From Cyanophora paradoxa CCMP329 (taxonomy: Eukaryota; Plantae; Glaucophyta), in contig QPMI01000092.1 of NCBI GenBank assembly GCA_004431415.1, positions 77,656-141,655 on the forward strand: DNA of 64,000 bases, written 5' to 3'. This document shows, piece after piece, positions 11,206-19,650 of the stretch. The translations under genes and the position numbers were made by a program. The stretch's first letter is position 1. Each line of letters starts with the position of its first letter. Below the pieces are notes generated by a model. The model was not told where the DNA came from. It worked only from the letters and a program-made list of their open reading frames with translations, and did not search any database.

Positions 11206-13710
11206 TCATGTAGCTCGGCGAGCCTTGCCAGCGCAGTCGTCTCCGTGACAGACGCGGCGACGACGTTCGTGAAATTTGAGGGAGGACGCCGGAGCGGTGA
11301 CGGGACAGTCCGTGCCGAAGACAGTGGTGTAGGTCGGACTCGCTGACGGGGGCGTGCGCAGACGATGGACATCGCGTGCCGCGACCACTGCTAACTGGCT
11401 GTTCAGCCGGATCTCCTCCGCGAGCTCGGCGGTCGCCCGCTGGTTCGTAGCCGGGTTCGCGTCGGATTTCGGGTTGAAACGGGACGTGTAGTAACGGCGC
11501 AGGAAGTTGCCGGGGCCCTCGACGTCGGCTGTGATGTTGACGAGGCGGAGTACGTTCTCGACTTGCTCGGTGAGCATTGACAGCAACGGCGCGTGACTCG
11601 TCGGCCATGGACGGTCGGAGCTCGGTGCTGGGTCACGAACGTCGTAGAGGTGAGCAAATCGGCTATCCCCGTAGCGGTCGCGCGTCTCGTCCCACTTGTA
11701 ATGGTCGAAGTATGCAGCGATGTCCCACGCCCGCGCCAGGGCCGTCGAACGCATCGACAAGGCGATGTCGGGCGGCGGTGAACCGTGTCGAAGCGTAGAC
11801 AGATAGATGTCGTCAGGTCCTGTGAGCGGGGCCGTGAACTTGACAGTTTGGACCAGTTGCCTGATTGTTGCAAGGCGCGTCGCCGTGTTCGTGATCTTGT
11901 CGAAGTTCAAGAACCGTTCATCGCTCTCCGTCATCTCCACGTCGTAGTGCAGCGTCCGGAGATTGCGGGCAAGGTTGACAGCCACCTGAAGGATGCACGG
12001 TACGACTGGAGTCTTGGACTGGTGTACAAGAGTGAACTCTGTCGGTGTCAAACCAAACAGCTCCAGCATCTCTGGCCGTCCGAGGACATCGGCGAGCGGG
12101 TCGTTCGGGTGAGGCCACGTGGTCGCCGTCTCCCCAGGCGCGAAGGGCTGAGCCCGCGCGAGGCGCATGATGACGTGGATGACGGAGCGGAATTCGGTCA
12201 GATGTTGAAGGAGGTAGTGAGCCTGGTCACTCGGGCGAGTACCCAGCAACGGTTGCCCAGTAGGCGTGTTGCTGCGGGCAGCTGCGAGGTGCATGCAGCT
12301 CGTGAGCTCGCTGGCGGCGAAGAGGGTCGGCGTCTCAGGGGTCTTGCGCCAATCCGTCGTCGTCGTTGTGACCATGAAGCGTCGCGGCGTGTCCAGGTAC
12401 GCACGCAGCTGGTTGTGCACCACGGGCTTGAGGCGAAGGATCGTCCAGGCGTGGCGGTGTCCAAGGTCGGCGGCCACGTCCTTGATCTCGGGCTCCGAGT
12501 CGCTGGACGTGTCTTCGTCGGTGTCAGGAGGACTGTCACGGTCGTCGTGAGGGCTCGGCAAGGTCGGCGTGTCGACGATGATTCCCCTCGAAACGCGCGG
12601 GTCGCCCATGGGCACGTCCTCGGTCCTCTCAGTGCCCGACGAGTCGGCAGTCGTCGAGTCAGGCATCGACGCGTCGGTCGGTGCAGTGTAGTCGGGGTGA
12701 AGTGACGGGATCGGCAGCATCGGGGGTTGGGCCGGGCTCTGCGGCGGGGCCGCCGTCACAGTCGTGGCCGGGGCTGGCGGGGCGTCGGACGGGGCCAGTA
12801 GCTCAGGCGCAGGCGACGGGGCCGTCGAGACCGCAGCCACGGCCGTGGGGGACGGGACGCTGTGCGGGGTCGTCAGCGAGGTCGCCATCGCCGGTGCGAT
12901 GGGCGAAGCATCTCGAGCGGCCGTCGACGAGACCGGCGTCTCGAGAGCGGGCGTCGGGGCCACCGGAGTCGTTGTCACGGGTGCAACGGGCTGGGCGTCC
13001 GGAGTCGTCGTCGCGGGTGCAACGGGCTGGGCGTCCGGAGTGTCCGTCGACGAGGCCGTCACCTCGGGCGCAGGGGGTGGGTCGTTCCGCGGGGCCGGGG
13101 GCTCCGGGGCGTCGGTCGGCGGTGTCACCGGTGCCGTTGGGCACGTCATGTCGTCGTCGTGGTAGTGAGGGTTGCCCGGGGTCTGGGGCCGGCTGGTATG
13201 AATCGGGAGCGCGCGGCCGCGGCCCCTGACCGTTCCCCCGTGCCTCGCCGATTGGCGCGGTGGAGCCTGTGCTGCCGCAGTACGGCGACGGGCGTCCATG
13301 GTGCGGCCACGAGCAATACCACCGATTGCAGCCTGCAAGTAGGGGGCTTGCGCCGCGGCCTGCACCGGGTCCTCTCCCTTGGCAGCTTCGGCGTCGAGGC
13401 GAGCCTGCAGTTCACGTGCGAGCTGTTCGTCGGCCAGCAGCTGCGCGTGCTTGTCGGGCGGAGTGGTCGGGGACGGCGTTCCAGGCGTGCGGCGACGAAG
13501 GATGTCTGTCAACACGTTGTGGACTTCGAGGTACCTCGCCGAAAACTGCGTCGGGTCCCGAAGTCGCGCGTTCTCGGCGGCGAGTCGCAAGTACTCCATG
13601 TCGACGTCGTTGGTTCGGAGAGTGAGATGCGGCTTAATCTTGTCCCGCTGTCGAGCCGGCCAGTCGTGTAGAACGGCAGCGACGTAAATCGACGCCAACT
13701 TGCGGCTCAC
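11206..13710 (-). CDS. Unknown protein segment (834-aa ORF, Pro/Ala/Thr-rich linker plus globular region), probably part of a larger polyprotein
   Basis: Longest ORF of the GC-rich element; GTG start; flanking frames continue across single-base shifts; no recognisable domain. Confidence 0.55.
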   Translation of the reverse strand: MSRKLASIYVAAVLHDWPARQRDKIKPHLTLRTNDVDMEYLRLAAENARLRDPTQFSARYLEVHNVLTDILRRRTPGTPSPTTPPDKHAQLLADEQLARELQARLDAEAAKGEDPVQAAAQAPYLQAAIGGIARGRTMDARRRTAAAQAPPRQSARHGGTVRGRGRALPIHTSRPQTPGNPHYHDDDMTCPTAPVTPPTDAPEPPAPRNDPPPAPEVTASSTDTPDAQPVAPATTTPDAQPVAPVTTTPVAPTPALETPVSSTAARDASPIAPAMATSLTTPHSVPSPTAVAAVSTAPSPAPELLAPSDAPPAPATTVTAAPPQSPAQPPMLPIPSLHPDYTAPTDASMPDSTTADSSGTERTEDVPMGDPRVSRGIIVDTPTLPSPHDDRDSPPDTDEDTSSDSEPEIKDVAADLGHRHAWTILRLKPVVHNQLRAYLDTPRRFMVTTTTTDWRKTPETPTLFAASELTSCMHLAAARSNTPTGQPLLGTRPSDQAHYLLQHLTEFRSVIHVIMRLARAQPFAPGETATTWPHPNDPLADVLGRPEMLELFGLTPTEFTLVHQSKTPVVPCILQVAVNLARNLRTLHYDVEMTESDERFLNFDKITNTATRLATIRQLVQTVKFTAPLTGPDDIYLSTLRHGSPPPDIALSMRSTALARAWDIAAYFDHYKWDETRDRYGDSRFAHLYDVRDPAPSSDRPWPTSHAPLLSMLTEQVENVLRLVNITADVEGPGNFLRRYYTSRFNPKSDANPATNQRATAELAEEIRLNSQLAVVAARDVHRLRTPPSASPTYTTVFGTDCPVTAPASSLKFHERRRRVCHGDDCAGKARRAT

Positions 13711-13864
13711 TCCCCAGCTGCAGCGACCGTGGTCTCAGGCACCGGGTAGGGCGGAAGATCAGTTGGTGTCGGGCCGAGGCGCGTGTTCGGCTCATCGACG
13801 GGGTGCATTAACGCGTGAGCATGGTAGAACGCCGGTGCCGACAAGCAGACGGGAAGCGACGCGT

Positions 13865-14930
13865 TCACAGTCGTTCGCGCGAGTCGGGACGTGTCCTGCC
13901 CAGAGGTGTTGACAACTCCCGGGCGAGAATGATTGGCCGAGTGCCTATCGGTCCAGTACTCGCGTCGCGAACGCCAGGCCGGAGGGTGCTGGCACGGACG
14001 GTGAAGGGGCTGACGTCGACGTTAAGGAAGATGTCAGCGACCCGAGGCCAGTCGTCGTTCCCCGTCAAAGACGTCGTTCCCTGTGGGGTGATATCCATTA
14101 ACAGACCGATAATCCGCAGGAAGAGCGTCTTCATTTCCATCGTCACTCCGTACAGAGCGTCGAGCGTGATGTCCGCCGGTGCATCGTCAGGTCGCAGAGT
14201 ACTCGGGTACGGCGTGCGCTGGCGTGAGGTTGGCGACGGTACGGGGCAATTGCGGACGAACTCCATGTACGGCGGCGTTGTGCAGAGGCGGCAGTGCTCC
14301 TGAAGCTCGACGTTAGTCATTGTCACCGTGTTGCCCGTGGTCGAGTCGATGTACTCGTAGTAGCGGTGCGCAATGCTGATCACTGATGCACGGAGCCGGT
14401 GGTTCACGATGACGGGTGAGCCATCGGGGCCGATGCTGCACGTGTGGCACGGTGCAGGCATGTCGACTGGCGACAGGAAGAGAAGAATTTGCTGTCCCCC
14501 AACACTGACCATGATCTTCTCGACCGTGCGAGAGGCGAAGACGCGGTCTCCACCCTCGCGCTCATACCTCCCCGCTGCCTGGTGGCGACGAGCGATGAGC
14601 GTGATCGAGTCTTCCGCAATGTCCATCAGCATCTCGCGCAACTTCCGGTTGCGGTTGATGGGGTCATTGTCAGCCCTGTCCTCCGACGCCTTGGGCCGCA
14701 GTACGGCGGGCGCGGGTGGAGTGGGCGTGGTCGGCGGGACGATTGGCGTCTTGTCCTCAGGGGCGAGGCCCTCTGCCGTCGCGACAGAGCTGGGTCCGGC
14801 GACGGGGTCGGTCGGAGCGTTTGCCGCGACGAAACGAGCGTAGGCGTCAGCAGCCTTTGCCGAAGTCGCGTCAGGGCCTGAGGCGAACCGTAGCTCACCC
14901 TCGCGCTCGAGAATGTAGACGAGAAGTAGG
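13865..14930 (-). pseudogene. C-terminal half of an ORF interrupted by the virus (N-terminal half at 40312-41087)
   Basis: Rejoined reading ...YDVESTI/LLLVYILERE... gives 613 uninterrupted codons; CHTC and HCRLC suggest Zn binding. Confidence 0.8.
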
Positions 14931-14936
14931 ATCGTA
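14931..14936 (+). repeat. Left target-site duplication ATCGTA
   Basis: atcgta immediately precedes the TGTTGTAC terminus; the same hexamer follows the right terminus. Confidence 0.95.
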
Positions 14937-15251
14937 TGTTGTACACCCATGGACCCCGCTTACGGCCACTTCGCTTCGCTCCGGGCCGCGGTTCCATGGG
15001 TATTTAGCGTCTTCCCCTATCTAGATCGATCTGATTTTGCCGTGCGTGTACCAAAATCGTTTTACACGTTTCCCTCTGCTATTACGTGCCGGAGGGCGTG
15101 TGCGGGGGTACCTTCGGGGTTGAAAAATAAATTTCGATTTAGCTTCGAGGAGGTAGCTAACGGGAGAGCCTTTGAGGCTGATTGTGAATTCACTTTAGGG
15201 TATGAGCTTAGGCATTCTAGTGTCCACTGAGAGGCCGCACTAGAAATTCCC
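14937..15251 (+). repeat. Left terminal inverted repeat (315 bp)
   Basis: Reverse complement of 39982-40311 except for a 15-bp deletion (atcttggctgacacc) near the inner end. Confidence 0.95.
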
Positions 15252-15317
15252 TCACCCCGACCCTTTCTCAGCTTCTAGCATAGGAGCAGTGATCGCAATT
15301 TCATTTCAGAATGTTTT

Positions 15318-16698
15318 CTACTCGTCATCACTCATATAGACTTCAGGGCCCTCCTCTGGGCTGTCTGGCTCGTTCAAGTCAACCTCCATGTCCCGAGGGA
15401 TGTTCGCAGAAATGTGCGCGCGAATCATTGCAGTAGCGTCTCTGATGTCCATTCCCTGAACGTTGAATTCGACAGGTGCCTGAGCAGCCATCGCAGCTCC
15501 ATTCTGCGCTTGCATGACATGCCCTCGCACTCTGATGTTGGTCACAACTCGGCGAAAGAATGCATTCCAAACTTCCTCGGGAACGTCTGCTTGTGGAGTT
15601 AACTGCTGTGGATTCAGTTACACGTGGAGCGATCTTACCCTGCAGCGCTGGAATATCCATTATATATGTGTTCGAAACAATGACGATATCGGTTGCGTAA
15701 CACGGAACCCAGCCGTATAGAATTCGAAGTCGTTTCTTGCCCTTGTTGCACAAGTCGTTGAACATAGCGATTGCATACTCGCCATAATATTCGTCGAAGC
15801 CGAGAATAGGTTGGCCATTGAACTCATCAGTAAATTTTTCGTTGTCGCGAGGATTATTGCTGATCTTCGGCTTCCAGTAGACAGTGCCAGGCGGAAACAT
15901 GTTGATAGCTGTGGTTTTACCAGAACCAGGGTCGCCACAAATGAGATGAATTCTTGAGAAATGTAGCTTGGGCCTGGCCACAGCAAGGCATACTTCTGAC
16001 AGATAGGATCTGTATCTGAACGCTCTCGATCCGAACTCGTGGATAACTTGTTCGATTGTAGCTTGATTTTCGACGATGTATTCCGTTATTACGTGCAAGT
16101 CGGTTCGCTTCCCTCGGCAACTCAAAATTTGGCCAACCTCCTTAAAGTCGAAAATATCCGAAGTGAACGCATAATCACCCCGCATCGACAGCAGGTTAGA
16201 TCGGCGACCCTGATTCGACTGATAGGGCCATCGAATGTTGAGCCCTGAGTTTATAAACATTTTGGCCACACTGCTGAGGCGGTGCTGTTTGTTGAAGTAC
16301 AGGAAACCCTGGGCAAGTATTAAACTGAGAATGAAGATCAACTTTGCGGGAAATCTGATAAACCGTACCTGCAGTAACATAAACCATGGATTTTCTGGAT
16401 CAATGACTGCAATGAAGCAAGCATAACGGCATTTTCGCCGTGGTTCATTCGTGTTTTTATCGATGATCGGTTCGCCCGTATCTCTGTTGACAAGAACGCC
16501 AAAACGTTCCAGAAATTCTCTATCAAGTTGAGGTCCTCCCCAAAAGTGCTCTTGAGTGTCGGGATTAAAAATGATGGGCTCACGAATCTCGAAATGGAAT
16601 ACGTTCGACTTGTGTGTTGATTTGCAGTTCGCGGGCGGTATCACCGGCTGAGCGAAGGCCGGTTGCGGAGGTGCAGCCATAGCCATTGATCTGCGCAT
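15318..16698 (-). CDS. CRESS-DNA-virus Rep-like protein (degenerate HUH domain + SF3 helicase), complement(join(15318..15586,15639..16308,16369..16698)), ~422 aa
   Basis: Walker A GDPGSGKTT, Walker B region DEFNGQPILGFDEYYG, motif C IVIVSN. Splicing two GT-AG introns (60 and 52 bp) restores LLQGFLYFNK (motif II-like) and NAFFRRV (Arg finger). Alternative start at 16686. Confidence 0.82.
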
Positions 16699-17833
16699 TA
16701 GCGAATTATATTTCAGCGCCAAAAAATAATTACGATCTCAGAGCAATTTATACGAAGGGCCCCGACTGCGCTGATATTTGCCACTTTTTTGGAATTATTT
16801 TAAAAACATTTAAGAAATTATTATTTTCTGTACCCCCCTCCGCTTCGCCCCTCCCGCTCGCTTTGGCGCGCGCGCTCGGCCTGCCGGAAAAAGTGAAGAG
16901 CGCACATCTACTCGAGCAGAGAAGTGAAGTATGTTGCAAGTGAAGACTTTTCCGGGCACTGAGGCTTCTGGATGGCCGGGACGTAGTCAGTTTGAGAGCA
17001 GCAAAGGAGTGCACACATTTTGCAGCAGGCAGGCGACGCGCGAGACAGCTCTCTTGCCTGTGTAGGCGCTAGTGATGATGTTGCGCGGAGCTCCCTCCTG
17101 CTTCCACCGCCGAGGTGCGCTGCAAAGACGCGGGTGCGGCTTCTGGGTACAAGATCAAGGCCTTTTGCGGGTACCAGTGTTCAAAAATTTAAACGCAACT
17201 TCATGATTTTCGCCCTTCGAAATTAATAATACTTTGGCCACGGAGATCGCTGTGAAAGTTAATAAATATCTGTGAAATGGACATAATTATACTGGAATTG
17301 CGATAATTTTCGCATCCTAAAATACCGTTACATTTCCGAAATTGTTCTAGTTTGGGTCAGCCTTGGGAGCCTCTCAAAGCGCCGGACCGCCGCCGGTTGT
17401 TATGTTTTATTAATTATGGGAAATAATTTGGTACCGGGATGCTAGCCATTGGTTAGCAAAGTATTTGTTTGGCCCAGCCGGCGGCGCCGGCTCTCTTGCG
17501 ATTTGCCGACGCTAATTCTTAATTAATTAATTCATGTGCCTAGTAGGGTAGCTCGGCTAGAACTAGGTTACTAGTAGCCTGAGTGCCAGTGACTCATGAT
17601 CAGTGACGGTCGCGATCGGACAGTCCGGGAGTACTAGTGCACGTTGCCCGGCGAGTCGGTGTCACAACGGTAGTCATGTCACGATGCTACTATCATGCTA
17701 GTACTACTAGGGCTACGGTACTACGGATTCTTAGTACGGAATACGTAGCCTAACATACGGTGTGGCTCGAGCCTCGGCCCTCGGAGTGCAGGCCTAGGCC
17801 AGCGCTGTGCTGATCATCATGGCATGCTTGCAG

Positions 17834-18832
17834 GTGTCTTTGGGGCCGCATTTTTTCCACCGGTTGGTCCCCACTTCGAAGACAGATAAAAAACGGTTCA
17901 TGATCAATCGGTCAACTGCGCATGCCGGCCGGACTCGGGATCTGGAGTCTGCACTGACCGGACTCTGCCACTGAGTGCAGTACTAGTTCTACGGAACTTC
18001 TACCTATACAAAAAATATTTACTGCTAATTATATATAAGGCCGCTACTAGGCCCGCTAGTACCAGGCTACTACCAGCCAACTTGCAAGTGTCTTTAGGGC
18101 CGCATTTTTTTCACCGGTTGAGCCTCCACTTCCTAGACAGATAAAAAAAACGGTTCATGGACTAGCCTACTAACTCAGTGAGAGCCTGAGACTAGTACTA
18201 CTACGGTCACCGGGTACTACAAGAAACATACAGATAACTAATTATTATAGGTACCACTACCACCGGTAACAGCCTGGCCCGCTGGCCCACTACCGCCCAC
18301 AGCCTAGTCTCTCTACTAGCTATAGCTAGCTATATAGTGCACAGAGAAGGTAGGACTAATTATTATAAAAACTTAATAGCTACATAGTGCACATGCAGAG
18401 AAGGTAGGACTAATTATTATAAAATATTAATTTTTTTGTAAATCGGCGGCCAGCGTCGGCCACGGCGGCCTAGTCTCTCTACTAGCTATATATAGTGCAC
18501 ACTGCACAGACAAGGTAGGACTAATTGTTTATATAATAAGACAACATATATATATATATGTGTGTATGTAGGCTACAGTATAGTCTGTCTTCGAAGTGGA
18601 GTCAAACGGGCGAAAAAAAAGCGGCCCTAAAGACAAACAACTTGGAGACTCCTGCGCAGCTGCGCTGCGAGCCAGCGACTGTGCATGCTGTGCTACCATT
18701 AATATTGCAGCGTTAGCAACTTGAACATCTAGGCCTAGCCTCCTAGGCTATAGCTATGTACATATATATATATATATAGTCTGTCTAGGAAGTGGAGGCT
18801 CAACCGGTGAAAAAAATGCGACCCTGAAGACA
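17834..18832. repeat. Direct/inverted repeat cluster in the Rep-H3 intergenic region (copy B)
   Basis: Forward units at ~17834 and ~18088, inverted units at ~18584 and ~18780, a central triple repeat, and (TA)n tracts. Confidence 0.85.
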
Positions 18833-18972
18833 AGCTCCTAGCAGCTGCTAGCCGCCCGATGGCCTGCTCGGAGGAGGCTGCTCCTGCCTGGTGCACGACA
18901 TTCTTTCGTCGTCCTCATTCCTAGGTCTCGCCCTCTAGATCTCGTCCGACATCAGTGAAGGCAGCTGAAGGG

Positions 18973-19552
18973 ATGGCGCGCGTCAAAGCCACACCCAAGA
19001 AGAACACTGCTGGCAAGGCTCCTAGCAAGGAGGCAGTGCTTCGGGCCGAGAATGGTCGCAAAAATGGCTCAGCTGCAGCCTCTGCGACCAAGCCCGCTCG
19101 CTACCGCCCAGGTGCGACCCTTTGCGTCTCTCACGATGCGCAAACACTTAACTGATGTCTGTGCGCGCTCAGGGACCGTCGCTCTGCGCGAAATCCGGAA
19201 GTACCAGAAGACCACTGACCTGCTCATTCGCAAGCTGCCATTCCAGCGGCTGGTCAGGGAGATCGCTCAGCCATTGAGTAATGACGATCTGCGCTTTCAA
19301 GCAAGCTCCATTCTCGCGATTCAGTCAGCGGCGGAGGCCTTCCTGATCAGTCTGTTTGAGGATGCGAACCTGTGTGCCATCCACGCCAAGCGTGTGACTC
19401 TGATGGTGAAGGACATTCAGCTGGCTCGTCGCATTCGCGGAGAGATCTCGAAGATTGAGAAGTCTCAGCCTAAGCCTGCAGCTTCGACGTCTCCGGACGT
19501 AACCCCTATTACAGCTCTCGCGGCCAATTTAGGTGATCAGCTTCAGCTGTAG
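18973..19552 (+). CDS. H3: Divergent histone H3 variant, join(18973..19111,19173..19552), 172 aa
   Basis: H3 tail and complete histone fold; 61-bp intron gtgcga...ctcag splits the Gly codon of YRPG; lies between the TIRs. Confidence 0.93.
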
Positions 19553-19650
19553 CTGTGCAAGCCTTAAAGAAAACGTGATGATAGTTATCAATCAGAGATT
19601 GTGCGCGCTGAATTTCGAAAAAGTTTTCTGATTGTATCATTAATCGAAAC

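Larger units (their letters stand above)
7469..14930 (-). mobile_element. Downstream (3') part of a GC-rich retroelement-like element, split by the virus insertion and truncated at 7469
   Basis: Sharp rise in GC at 7469; chain of co-oriented minus-strand ORFs; the 13865-14930 frame joins in-frame with 40312-41087 once the virus and one TSD copy are removed. Confidence 0.6.

Noticed and set aside
7469-14930. Classifying the GC-rich element as Ngaro/DIRS or LTR retrotransposon
   Set aside because: No RT, RNase H, tyrosine recombinase or terminal repeats are visible in the window.
14949-15230. 93-aa ORF in each TIR (also 40018-40299)
   Set aside because: No motif; duplicated only because it lies in the TIR; overlaps the terminal hairpin.
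17220-17235. taataatac as a CRESS nonanucleotide origin
   Set aside because: One mismatch from TAATATTAC, no flanking stem, and the Rep lacks catalytic motifs.
18973-19552. H3 gene as centromeric CenH3, or as a flanking host gene
   Set aside because: It has a +1 loop 1 and T107>A but keeps Q68, F84 and an alignable H3 tail, so CenH3 is not supported. It lies inside the TIRs in the complete copy.
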